A stretch of DNA of 64,000 nt, taken from NCBI GenBank assembly GCA_963813715.1, contig CAWFAK010000006.1, positions 32,001-96,000 on the forward strand. Reading direction: 5' to 3'. Source of the DNA: an uncultured Planctomycetaceae bacterium (GTDB lineage: Bacteria; Planctomycetota; Planctomycetia; Planctomycetales; Planctomycetaceae). A model generated the notes under the pieces. The model had not been told where the DNA came from. It did no database searches and was given only the letters and a program-made list of their open reading frames with translations. Below are positions 13,788 through 23,902 of the stretch, piece after piece. A program made the translations under genes and the position numbers. Numbering within the stretch: the first letter of the stretch is position 1; each line of letters begins with the position of its first letter.

Positions 13788-14383
13788 GCACTTCACTCGG
13801 GCCATTGGATAAGACACGGATTCTGAGCCGCTCGGAAATCGCGGCCGTGATCGCCGACCTGAAACGGAAACGGCGATCGGTCAACACGCGGCAGAATCTG
13901 ATCGTGTTTCGCCTGTCTGCCTCCTGCGGCTTGCGGGTCTCGGAGATCGCTGGAATTTGCATTCGCGACGTCCAGACCGAAGGCCCGCGGCCGCACCTTT
14001 GTATCCCCCAAACCGGGGCCAAGCGATGTCGGCCCCGCACCGTGCCCCTCTGGTGGGACGCGGAGACTCTCGCTGACATCGCTGCTTGGAAGCGCGAGCG
14101 GATCGAGGCGGGAGCGCAACCGTCCGATCCGCTCGTTTGCAGCCAGCACAAAGACACCTGGGGCAAGACGCTCTCGGCACGCAACCTCCAACATCGCTGG
14201 AGTGTGGCCATCAAAGTGCTGGGCCGGGACCGCGCCAAACGGCTCAGTATTCAAAAGGGACGCCATTCGTTCTGCTCGCACGCCCTGGCCAGCGGCCGCA
14301 GCATTGCCGAAGTTCGCGAGGCCGCCGGCCACGCCAATCTCGCCACCACCGCCAGCTACTTTCAGTTGAGGTCGGATCACTGA
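13784..14383 (+). CDS. tyrosine recombinase/integrase, catalytic domain only (199 aa)
   Basis: GLRVSEI (catalytic R), K-containing loop (GAKR), QKGRH in place of HxxRH, AGH, and TTASY (catalytic Y). Confidence 0.93.
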   Translation: MSTSLGPLDKTRILSRSEIAAVIADLKRKRRSVNTRQNLIVFRLSASCGLRVSEIAGICIRDVQTEGPRPHLCIPQTGAKRCRPRTVPLWWDAETLADIAAWKRERIEAGAQPSDPLVCSQHKDTWGKTLSARNLQHRWSVAIKVLGRDRAKRLSIQKGRHSFCSHALASGRSIAEVREAAGHANLATTASYFQLRSDH

Positions 14384-14463
14384 AGGTCTGCCGTCAGCAG
14401 GGCGACTCGAGCGGACCATCTCGACGAATTTCTCACCGCTCCATGAGCCGCGTTTGACGGCCG

Positions 14464-14499
14464 GACCCCGGGGTGCCTCTGGCCCCGGGGTCTCTTTTT
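14464..14499 (+). terminator. intrinsic terminator after the recombinase
   Basis: 10-bp stem GACCCCGGGG/CCCCGGGGTC followed by TCTTTTT. Confidence 0.75.
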
Positions 14500-14725
14500 G
14501 CGCGTCCGCCGCCACGCTGCGTCCACCGGCGAGTTTTTCGGTTCTTACGCCTGAGCCGATTCCCGCGGTTCTCTTGGGTCGGTTTAGACGCAGTAAACCG
14601 GTTTTGCTGAGGCGAAGGCCGGCTCACAAGTGGCGTGCACGCGCCAACCGATGAAAACGGCGCGTCGTTCTTTCTCGATAGGCCCGGTCGGTTGTGCTTA
14701 ATCGACCCCAGCCGAGAGTCGTGCC

Positions 14726-16168
14726 ATGCGATTGTCCATCCGTGCCTTCGGAGTCGCCCTGCTGGTGGGAACGCTGGCCGCGTCGGGTCGCTGCGGTGAC
14801 CTGTCACTCGACCTGACGGAAACGCCGCCTCCCGATCCGACGGCTCCGGCCGCCCCGGCGACTCCTCCCGCGGCTCCGGGACTCTCGACGCTGCCGGCCC
14901 CGGTCATCGCCCAACCGTGCGACAGCCCGAGCCTTCCCGCCTGCACGCCATCCCCCTTCGACGGCGACTGCTGCACGCGACCGCTCCTGTTAGGCAGTTT
15001 GTGCGGGGTCCGCGACCAGCTGGCCGCCCACGGAATCACCTTCAACGCCGATACCTATCAGTTCTACCAGGGAGTGGCGACCGGCGGCATTCACGACGTC
15101 GGCGACTATTCCGGCCGCAACGACTACTTCGTCAACATCGACGGCGAAAAGCTGGGCCTCTGGAAAGGCTTCTTCATTACCCTCCACGGCGAAACGCGCT
15201 ACGGCGACACGGTCAACGGCGACACGGGCGCCATCATCCCCGTCAACACGGCCGAGCTCTTCCCCACGGCGAGGGGGTCCGAAACGGCGCTCACCGGCGT
15301 GAAATTCACGCAGGCCCTGTCCGAGAACTTCGTGCTGTTTGGCGGCAAGCTCAACATGCTCGACGAGTTCAAGATGCCGTTCACGGGCGACCGTGCGATC
15401 GACGGCTTCTGGAACCTCGGCATGTCGTTCCCCGTCATCGTGGCCCGCACCGTCCCGTATTCGACTCTCGGTGCCGGAGCGGCCATCCTCAAGGACGGAG
15501 CGCCCATCTTCACCGTCATGGTGCTCGATACCAACAACACGCCGACGACGAGCGGCTTCAACGAGCTCTTCAGCAACGGCGTGACGATCTTTGCAAACCT
15601 CACCTTGCCGACCAAGTTCTTCGGCCTGCCGGGCTCGCAAGGCGTCTCCGGCACGTTCGGCACCGGCAATTACAACAGTTTGTCGCCAACCGCTTACTTC
15701 GATCCCGAGCAAGGACTCGTGATTACGCAGGAATTCGTCCGCGACTCGTGGTGCGTCTTCTACACGGGCACCCAGGCCCTGTGGGTCGATCCCTGCAATC
15801 CCAAGCGTGAGTACGGCGTCTTCACCAACATCGGGACCGCCGACAACGGCCCTAGCCCGATCAGCTTCGCCGCCAACGTGGCCCTGTACGGCAGCAGCCC
15901 GATCACCAATCGTCCGCTGGACACGTTCGGCATCGGCTACACGTTCACGCGATATTCGTCGCCCATCCGCGACTTCGCCCCGGTCCTCTTGCCGATCGGC
16001 AACGATCAGGCCATCGAGTTGTTCTACAACTTCGCCGTCACGCCCTGGTTCAACGTCGCTCCGGACCTGCAGGTCGTCTTCCCCGCCCGCGAAGAAACCC
16101 TGCCGCCTAATCGCGAATCGATCGACACGGCCCTCGTCCTCGGCATCCGCGCAAAGATCAACTTCTAA
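14726..16168 (+). CDS. carbohydrate-selective porin (OprB family)
   Basis: Signal peptide, Pro-rich linker, RDQLAAHGITF, ELFYNFAVTPWFNVAPDLQVV and a C-terminal Phe. Confidence 0.9.
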   Translation: MRLSIRAFGVALLVGTLAASGRCGDLSLDLTETPPPDPTAPAAPATPPAAPGLSTLPAPVIAQPCDSPSLPACTPSPFDGDCCTRPLLLGSLCGVRDQLAAHGITFNADTYQFYQGVATGGIHDVGDYSGRNDYFVNIDGEKLGLWKGFFITLHGETRYGDTVNGDTGAIIPVNTAELFPTARGSETALTGVKFTQALSENFVLFGGKLNMLDEFKMPFTGDRAIDGFWNLGMSFPVIVARTVPYSTLGAGAAILKDGAPIFTVMVLDTNNTPTTSGFNELFSNGVTIFANLTLPTKFFGLPGSQGVSGTFGTGNYNSLSPTAYFDPEQGLVITQEFVRDSWCVFYTGTQALWVDPCNPKREYGVFTNIGTADNGPSPISFAANVALYGSSPITNRPLDTFGIGYTFTRYSSPIRDFAPVLLPIGNDQAIELFYNFAVTPWFNVAPDLQVVFPAREETLPPNRESIDTALVLGIRAKINF

Positions 16169-16169
16169 G

Positions 16170-16198
16170 GCAGGGGCGTGCCCCTGCACCCGGGGCGG
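16170..16198 (+). repeat. REP-like hairpin, same family as 7010-7039
   Basis: GCAGGGGCGTGCCCCTGCACCCGGGGCGG directly after the porin TAA. Confidence 0.8.
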
Positions 16199-16365
16199 TT
16201 CGAACTGCTTGAGCTGAGGCGCTGGCGCCCGCCGGGGAGTTTCTGCGAGGAAGGTTTGAGTCGGAACAGCCGACTGGTGATGCCCGCTTTGTCGGCGAAG
16301 AGTCGTTCGCTGTTCAGGATCCGGTTCTCTCAACGATCGCGTTGCTGATGGTCGGACACGAACCT

Positions 16366-17088
16366 TCACCGTTCCGATCGCGGCGCGGCGTGCATTGAGA
16401 CCAGCCGCGCGATGAGCATCGCGACGAACAGAGTGCCGGTGGTGGCTTCCAGGGCTGCCAAAAGTCGTGCGGGCCGAGACACGGGGACGATGTCTCCATA
16501 ACCGACCGTGCTCAGCGTCACAAAACTGAAGTAAAACGCGTTGAAGCCGGTCATGGTGTTCGGCCCCATCGAGTGATCGCTCGTCGCAAAGGCAGTGGGG
16601 TTGAGGCTCGCGATCAGCACGTAGGCCATGGCCCACCCCAGACCCAGCATCAGATACGTCGACACCGCCGCGCAGAGCACGCCGAACGTGACAATCTTAG
16701 CCCGGAGAATGTAGGCCAGATAAACGACAAGGACATAACTCAGGAGGGCCAGAACCGGGACCAGGTAGATGATGGGCGACAGCTGATCCGCGTAGAGATG
16801 GTGCAACCAGCGGGCGAAAATCGCCATGACGGCGAGAGCCAGCGAGCTCAGCAGGGTCGACCAGCGATTTGAGACGGCCAAGACTGCCGAGACCAGCATG
16901 AAAGTCAGCAGCAGCCCTTCGATCAACGGCCCGTGTTCCAAGTCCTCCACGAACGGCGTGACGACGATCAGCAACAGCAGTGAAATCAGGAATTCGACGG
17001 CCGACCACTGGGAGAGCACGACAAATCGCCGCCGCCGCTTCACTGTGGCATGCGTTGGGCCGGAATCTGGAGCATTGTTATCCATCAC
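16366..17088 (-). CDS. potassium channel family protein (no RCK domain)
   Basis: Multiple TMs and the selectivity filter in FYFSFVTLSTVGYGDI. Confidence 0.9.
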   Translation of the reverse strand: MMDNNAPDSGPTHATVKRRRRFVVLSQWSAVEFLISLLLLIVVTPFVEDLEHGPLIEGLLLTFMLVSAVLAVSNRWSTLLSSLALAVMAIFARWLHHLYADQLSPIIYLVPVLALLSYVLVVYLAYILRAKIVTFGVLCAAVSTYLMLGLGWAMAYVLIASLNPTAFATSDHSMGPNTMTGFNAFYFSFVTLSTVGYGDIVPVSRPARLLAALEATTGTLFVAMLIARLVSMHAAPRSER

Positions 17089-17119
17089 GATCCTTCAACC
17101 TGAGCCCAAGTTAACTCTT

Positions 17120-17160
17120 CTCCCCTCGCCCCTCGCGGGAGAGGGGTCGGGGGTGAGGGG
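17120..17160. repeat. REP-like palindrome (CCCTCNCCC...GGGAGAGGG...GGTGAGGG family)
   Basis: CTCCCCTCGCCCCTCGCGGGAGAGGGGTCGGGGGTGAGGGG. Confidence 0.8.
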
Positions 17161-17176
17161 ACCCTTTTTTAATCCT

Positions 17177-17547
17177 GTCCCAATCCGTAGGTCCCGTCCG
17201 GTTCGTGTCCCGTCCGGCCTGTCCCGTCCCGTTCGCCCCACGTTGGTCTTCAGCCCCAACGGGGCGAGATTCGATAGCCCAGGTCGGAGCGCAGCGCAGG
17301 CCTGGGATCCGGAGCGACCCAACGAGCTTGCTCGCCGAGCCCCAGCGGGGCGAGACAACGCTCCACCGCGGCACCCGGTCCCGTTCGTGTCGCGTCCCGT
17401 CGTAGAAAGTGTCCGGACCGGACCTCGGCCGTTCATAATCCATTGATTGCGTCAACTTAAGCCGGACACTTCGGTTTCGTGCGATCCGGACCGGACCCGC
17501 GGTGGGACCACTTTCGGGCGCCCCCTTATATTAAATGTGAGAGTCCC
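17177..17547. repeat. array of short GTCCC/GGGAC repeats, interrupted by a REP-like element (17252-17356), next to an AT-rich core
   Basis: Multiple GTCCCGTCC units; AGCCCCA(A/G)CGGGGCGAGA twice; TTATATTAAAT at 17526-17536. Confidence 0.7.
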
Positions 17548-17751
17548 GTCACGCCGGGGATGAAATTTCTGACCGGCTGGGACGACCTGAGAGCTGGCTG
17601 AGCACTGATTCGAGCCGCCACCGACCGCGCGCACCTCGACCGCGGGGACAAATCGTCTCATTTCATTCTGCGGCGGTTTCGAGGTTCCACCAAGCCCGCG
17701 TTTCTACGCTCTTGGAAACAACCGCCGAAGTTTTCTCTGGCGCCCGTTCTC

Positions 17752-19175
17752 TCACTTCACCTCTTCAAAATCCGCCGGTTTCCAGCTGCCGTCGAAGGCC
17801 GGCCCCTTCGGGCCGTAGATGCGGAAGTAGACGAACCAGCCTTTGCCCGGAGCGGTTTTGATCCAGCGCGACTCTTTGCCCGCCGGCGCAGTTGGGCCGA
17901 AGTAGAGGTCGACGGAATCGCCCGTCAAATCTTTGAGCTCGAACAATGAACGAAGGGCTGCCTTGTCCTGATCGGTTTGCACTTCGCTGCGCGTGGCCGC
18001 GTCGTAGGCGGTCACTGACCAGAAGAGGCCGGCCGGCACTGGCAAAGGGACCGTGAGCTTGTAGCTCTTGCCGCCGTCGAGGTAGGCGCCGCTGTGGTCG
18101 CGGGCGGCGAGCCAGTAGAGCGAGCCCGCCCCGGCCGAGCGGCGGAACATGGCCGGCGAGGCGACGATGGCCTGGGCGAACCAGCGGTCGCGGGCCTCGA
18201 GGTCGAGTCCGCTCCGCGTGCGAAAGTTGCCATTATCGGCGACGAGTCCCGCCCACTCCCACTTGCGGTCGTCCCACGCCCGGCGGTCGGCGCGAGTGCC
18301 GTCGAAGGCCGACACGAGCAGTTGCTCGCGCCGGACTTGGCGGCGCGCTCCAGGATTTCTTTCATTCGCGCGTCGGGGGCGAAGGGTTTGCCCTTCTCGA
18401 TGCCAAGCGCCATCAACGGGCCGTACATCGCGCGGAATTCGCCGACGACCGGCTCCGCCTCGACGACGTCGTGCAGCTTCTCCCAGAACTGGAGGTTGTC
18501 TTCCCAGCGGAGGCACGTGCCGTCCATCGGCTTCTGCGAGATGTCGGTGTACTTCACCAGCTGAGGATTGGCCGCGGTCGACAGGGGATAGATCTTGATC
18601 GAACGCAGAGCGGCCATCGCCCCGTCGACGTCCCCTTTCACCGGCAGCGAGCGAATGGCGACGAGCACCTTGTACGATCCCGCGCGGCCCACGTGGTAAC
18701 CGCTCGGCACTTCTCCCTTGTAGCCGGGCGGTAGCAGCAGGTGCTTCCCCCCTTTGCCCGCGTCGGGACCGGGCAAGCCCATGTCCATGATCCAGCGCTG
18801 GTGATGATCGTCCGCCAGCGCGATGAACGGCCCCGGCGGCAATTCGACCACGAGCGGCCGATCTTTGAGGTCGAACGTTCCCGAGCCGTACGGCGTGTCG
18901 GAATTGGCCGTGAAGACGACGTGCCGCGGACCGGCCGACAGGATCATCATGTCTTCGTTGACCTTCTGACCCAGTTCCAGACCGCCGTTGAAGATGCCTT
19001 CGCACGAGAGGGTCGGGTACCAGAAGCGGTAGGCCGTGACGGCCCGCTGAAAATCCTCGGCATCGCGGGCCTTTTGCGAGGCCTCGGGCGTGGGAAAGCC
19101 ACCACGCAATGTCGGCTCCTGGCCGGATGCGAATGCGGGCGCAAGAACCAGCGCGAGGAGGAATAGATTTCGCAT
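17752..19175 (-). CDS. DUF1254/DUF1214 domain secreted protein (frameshift near 18330)
   Basis: Signal peptide; TANSDTPY, DMGLPGPDAGKGGKHLLLPPGY, FWSVTAYD, YFRIYGP. Confidence 0.9.
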
Positions 19176-19211
19176 GTTGGTCTTCCGATCAAAAGCGATC
19201 AGGTCGCGGGG

Positions 19212-20655
19212 TTACTGAGCCCTCTCAACATCCGGCAGCTTCCACGTCTTCTGGTAGAGCGCCTTCGTCGGCGCGTACAGGCGGAACATCAGCTCGAACT
19301 TGCGGGCCGGATCGGTCGGCAGCCAATTGCTTTCCTTGCCGGTGGGGGCACTGGGACCGATGTAAATGTCGATTGATCCATCGGCGTTCTTCTGCAGCTC
19401 AGGGATCTGCGACGATCGGCTGCGCGCGAGACGCCCTTAATGAGCGCGTGCGTCTGCCGGTCGTACGCGGTCAGCGACCAGTACTGTTTGACCGGCGCGT
19501 TCGGCGGCACCGAGAGCTGATAGGTTTTGCCGCCGTCGAACGCCTCCCCGTTCTTGTCCTTAATCGTGATCAGATAAAACTGCCCCGCGCCGAGCCGCTT
19601 GAGGCCGATGAAAGCATAACTGTACGCCACGCCACGCTCATCGACCGGATAGTGGTCGGGGTCGGTGTAGCCCTTCTGCGCTGCCTCGACGAGCGCGGGA
19701 TACGTCGGGTACGTCCAGTGCCCGCCCGGCCAGAAGGAGGGGAAGCCGGCGTTGTACTTCATCTCCAGCCAGTCTCTGGCCTCCTTCATCGCGGCGTCTA
19801 AGATCTGCTCCGCCGCGGCGTCGGGACGGAACGGTTTGCCTTTCTCGATGCCCACCGACGTGAGCTGTTCGATCATCGCCTTGTCACGCTCCAGCCACGG
19901 CTCGCTCTGCACGATGCGGTCGAGATGTTTGAAAAAGCTGGCGTCGTAACGGATGGTCGAGTCGAAATCGACGTCCTTCACATCGGTGAACACGGTGGCC
20001 GGCGGATTGGCCGCCTGTGACAGCGGATAGACCTTCATCTGCTTGCCGTAAGCAATCGATTTCTGCACGTCGGCGTCGCCGTGGCTCTTGAGGTTCGATC
20101 GCAACAGCATGTATCCCGCGAACGTGTCGGACGACAGCGGGATGTAGCCGTCGGGCGTTCTCTCTTTGTATCCGGGCGGCAGCACGAGGAACTTGCCGCC
20201 CTTTCCCTTGTCGGCGCCGAGCAGCCCCGCATCCTCCAGCGGCATCTGCCACACGGTGACGACGTTAGCGTTGAACGATCCGTCGGCGTCGCCGGGCGGA
20301 AGATCGAGCACGACGGGGCCGTCCGCCGTGTTGTAGAACGTCATGAAATAGAGGGCATCGGGATTAGGGGTGAGCGTTTGATTCTTCGCGTCGAGCGGCC
20401 GACCCCAATAAATCACCTGGCCAACCTGGCCGGGCGTCTTCGTCAGCATTTCCTGAAGCATCAGGTCATAGTTGACCGCGGGCATGCCCCAGATCACCGC
20501 CTCGACCGCTCGGCGATGGACGGTTCGCTCGGCGAGTTGGGCCGAGGTCAGCGATGGCTGCGTTGCCTTATCCTGAGCAAGGGCGGCGCAAGACAACCCC
20601 GCAAGTAAGAAGCCCGGCAGGATCAGAGCCGCGGCGCAGATCGTGCAGCGCGCAT
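19212..20655 (-). CDS. DUF1254/DUF1214 domain secreted protein, paralog (indels near start and near 19420)
   Basis: RRAVEAVIWGMPAVN, LTPNPDALY, GADKGKGGKFLVLPPGY, YWSLTAYD; the C-terminus ...MFRLYAP...WKLPDVE lies in a shifted frame. Confidence 0.9.
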
Positions 20656-20722
20656 GATCTCAGGTTCCTTTCAGCTTGAAGGATCGGGTCGCCCGTCCGC
20701 GATCGATTGCGCGAAGCGCGAC

Positions 20723-22627
20723 CTACTCTTTTGGCCCCGGTTCGCCGGCGGGGTGACGGAGCATGGGAAAGACCTGGCGCAGCTTCTTGCCGGCTTTGAT
20801 TTCCCGGAGTTTCTGTTCCATCAGGTTGGCCGGATTGAACGACGGCGGGAAGGAGCGCGGCGGAAATTCGTCGAATGTCGCCACGAACTTGAAGACGTCG
20901 TCCATCGCTCCGTAAACGGAACCGACGTGGTTGAGATTCCAATCCCAGAAGGTGTTGGACGTGATGTCGGCCCGCTCGAACGGATCCTGCATCAGGTTGA
21001 AGACTTTCTGCAGCCGCAACGTCGTGAAAGGCTCGGCCCAGACCTGGAGCGTCCCCGGGGACCGCTGCTCCGAGAACACGTACTTGTAGTCGCCGTCGCG
21101 AAAGCCCACCAAGAGGCCGTCGTCGTCGGCATAAAAGAACTTGTCGCGGGCGCTCTTCGCACCGTTGTTCTTGGCTGCGGTCCCGGTGACCGATTTCAAG
21201 AACGCCGACTGGTCGAAGCCGTCCAGGTGCACTTTGTAGTGCTTGCCGTTGGCGTCGTATCCCTGCTTGAGCTTGCCGATGATCTCGGGCTCGCCGGCGA
21301 TCGAGCAAAGCGTGGGGATCCAGTCGTTGTGGCTCATCAATTCGTTCGTGATCGTGCCTGCGTGAATTACGCCGGGCCAGCGGACGAGGCAGGGAACGCG
21401 GAAGGCCCCCTCCCAGTTGGTGTTCTTCTCGGAGCGGAAGTGGGTCATTGCGCCGTCGGGCCAGCTGTTCATGTGCGGGCCGTTGTCGCTGGTGTAGACG
21501 ACGATCGTGTCGTTGGCGATGCCCATATCGTCGAGGGCCTTCAGCAGCGAGCCGACGGTGTCGTCGTGCTCGATCATGCCGTCGATGTATTCGCTGTCGC
21601 CGTGCTTGTAGCGACCGCGGTGCTCGGCGCGAACATGCGTGCGGAGGTGCATTCGCGTCGTGTTCATCCAGCAGAAGAACGGCTTGCCGGCTTCGTGTTG
21701 CCGTTTCATGTAGTCGATGGCCGCGCTCGAGGTTTCGTCGTCGATGGTCTCCATCCGCTTCTTGGTGAGCGCGCCGGTGTCCTCGATCGTCTGCTTGCCC
21801 ATCTTGCCGAACCGCGGATCGACGGTTTCGTCGTCCTTGTCCGTGGCCTTGCACTTGAGCACGCCGCGCGGACCGAACTTCGCGAGATAGGCGGGATCCT
21901 TGGGATAGTCGGGAAGCTCGGGCTCCTCCTCGGCGTTGAGGTGGTAGAGATTGCCGAAGAACTCGTCGAAGCCGTTGACTGTGGGCAGGCTCTCGTTGCG
22001 ATCGCCGACGTGATTTTTGCCGAACTGACCGGTCGAGTAGCCCAAGTTCTTGAGCAGGCCGCCGACCGACGGATCGAGCTGACTCATTCCCATCGGCGCG
22101 CCGGGGAAGCCGACCTTGGTCAGCCCGGTGCGAATGCCGTGTTGCCCGGTGAGAAAGGCCGCTCGCCCAGCCGTGCACGACTGCTCAGCATAATAGTGGA
22201 GAAATCGCAGCCCCTCTTTGGCGATGCGGTCGATGTTGGGCGTTTCGTAGCCCATGAGGCCGTCGCTGTAACAGCTGACATTCGTGACGCCGATGTCGTC
22301 GCCAAAGATCACGAGGATGTTCGGCTTGCCTTTGCGTTGCGGAACCACTTGCTGGTCCTGCAAGGCGGCCAGCAGCGTGTCGCTCGAGCAGCACACCGCG
22401 TCGTCGATCGCAAGCCCGGTGCTCGCGGCTGGCGTCGCAGTCTGAGGCGAATTCGTCGGGGTCGGACGAACGAGCGGAGCCGGATTGTGAAGGTCGCGCG
22501 TGCTGACTGCTGCCTGTGGCGATGCGCCGGCTTGCTTGAGCCGCGGGCCGCCACCTTGTGCCAGCAGGTAGCCCAGCATTCCGCCGATCAGAAGCACGGC
22601 CGGAATCTGCAGTCGCGTGAGGCGCAT
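20723..22627 (-). CDS. arylsulfatase (formylglycine-dependent, CTAGR type), secreted
   Basis: KPNILVIFGDDIG, SCTAGRAAFLTG, GKNHVG, SDNG, EGAFRVP. Confidence 0.95.
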   Translation of the reverse strand: MRLTRLQIPAVLLIGGMLGYLLAQGGGPRLKQAGASPQAAVSTRDLHNPAPLVRPTPTNSPQTATPAASTGLAIDDAVCCSSDTLLAALQDQQVVPQRKGKPNILVIFGDDIGVTNVSCYSDGLMGYETPNIDRIAKEGLRFLHYYAEQSCTAGRAAFLTGQHGIRTGLTKVGFPGAPMGMSQLDPSVGGLLKNLGYSTGQFGKNHVGDRNESLPTVNGFDEFFGNLYHLNAEEEPELPDYPKDPAYLAKFGPRGVLKCKATDKDDETVDPRFGKMGKQTIEDTGALTKKRMETIDDETSSAAIDYMKRQHEAGKPFFCWMNTTRMHLRTHVRAEHRGRYKHGDSEYIDGMIEHDDTVGSLLKALDDMGIANDTIVVYTSDNGPHMNSWPDGAMTHFRSEKNTNWEGAFRVPCLVRWPGVIHAGTITNELMSHNDWIPTLCSIAGEPEIIGKLKQGYDANGKHYKVHLDGFDQSAFLKSVTGTAAKNNGAKSARDKFFYADDDGLLVGFRDGDYKYVFSEQRSPGTLQVWAEPFTTLRLQKVFNLMQDPFERADITSNTFWDWNLNHVGSVYGAMDDVFKFVATFDEFPPRSFPPSFNPANLMEQKLREIKAGKKLRQVFPMLRHPAGEPGPKE

Positions 22628-22960
22628 CGTTGATTCTCCCGTCGAGAAGTTCGGGACGTCAAAGTTGTTCGGCACAGTCCGCGGGGTGGCGGCAACCGTC
22701 GACAAGCGACCGGCGCACTAGCCGACGACTCTCGCTCGGCTGGTCGCGATCGGGTGGCGACGAGCATTCATCGCACGGCTTCGGGCGGCCCGCGGACATC
22801 GCGGCAAAGATGGGAAGCGCGGCCCCAATGGTGGCACGCGAATGTCGAAATTGCAATGTCGCCGAGCGCACACCTTCTACACGCCCAACGTTTCCTAGAC
22901 GATACGTGCGACGCAAGCGCGCGGTCGGCCCGGCGCACATTCGATTGCCGAGGTGCGCGC

Positions 22961-23902
22961 TCAAGTTCCCTTCGTGCGCCACTCATACGAGAAGGTATAC
23001 GCGGCCGAGCGGGCGGCGGGGATGGGGTCGTCGGTCAGCTCGATTCCGTCGGTCACTTTCAGCGGATCGAAAATCAGTTGTCGTTCATCGGCCGCGCTCG
23101 TCGGCGAGACGGTTTCGATTTTCAGGCGGCCGAGTTCCACCTGACGGCGCTCGGCCGGCCAGATGACCGTCGCGTCGTCGGTGGGATCGCCAGCTTCGCC
23201 GATTTGCAGCATGAGGCGAAACGAGGCCGGGCCTTTCGCCACTCGGGCTTTCAGCTCGGCCTGCAGGAAGTTCGGATCGAGCTTGGAGGACTCATCGGGA
23301 TTGAGGTACGACTCGCCGGCTTCGGGTACCCAGTGATAGCGGCCGAAGCGGCTCGTCCCGTCGGCCGCGATGAAGCGGAACGCGTGAATTGCGTGGTAGA
23401 GCGCTTGGGTATAGCTGGCGGGGACCGGTTTCTGCATCAAGCGTCCCACAAACGCGCCGACGGCTGGATGGGTTTCGATGAAGCGGGGGACGGCCTGCGG
23501 ATCGGGCTGGCCCGTGGCGGGATCGGGAAGATTCGTTTTGAGGAACGCGAGAAACTCCTCGGCCGTGCGGGCCAAGAACGCCTCGTTCGTGATCGCCAGG
23601 AGATCGGTCTTCTTGCCGTCGGGCAGCGCGAATTTGATGGCCAAAGCGCGGACGTCCGGCACGCCGTCGTGTTCGTGAGGTTTGCCGCTCCCGTTGGAGA
23701 AGCGGATTGTGGCGGGAATCGACGACCCCTGCAGGTGCGCGGCTTTGCTGATGCTGCGGGCCTCCGGTCCGGCGACGAAGGTCCCCGTGCAGACGATCCC
23801 TTTCGCGTGTGCCGTGCGAAAACCCGGATTCTTGCCGGCAATCGCCTGCTGCACGTCGACAATCTGTTTGGCAACGCTCTTGACCGAGGCGGGAATTTCC
23901 AT
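22961..23902 (-). CDS. catalase-related heme peroxidase (SrpA-like)
   Basis: RTAHAKG distal His, RFS, and proximal RSAAY. Confidence 0.9.
   Translation of the reverse strand: MEIPASVKSVAKQIVDVQQAIAGKNPGFRTAHAKGIVCTGTFVAGPEARSISKAAHLQGSSIPATIRFSNGSGKPHEHDGVPDVRALAIKFALPDGKKTDLLAITNEAFLARTAEEFLAFLKTNLPDPATGQPDPQAVPRFIETHPAVGAFVGRLMQKPVPASYTQALYHAIHAFRFIAADGTSRFGRYHWVPEAGESYLNPDESSKLDPNFLQAELKARVAKGPASFRLMLQIGEAGDPTDDATVIWPAERRQVELGRLKIETVSPTSAADERQLIFDPLKVTDGIELTDDPIPAARSAAYTFSYEWRTKGT

Noticed and set aside
17177..17547. CRISPR array
   Set aside because: Repeats are 5-12 bp with irregular spacing, there is no constant repeat-spacer period, and no cas genes are present.
17661..17692. tRNA 3' end or att site (…TTCGAGGTTCCACCA)
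   Set aside because: No T-arm stem or acceptor pairing.
22832..22855. second sigma54 promoter (TGGCACG...)
   Set aside because: No GC at the required 10-nt spacing, and it points away from the nearby gene.
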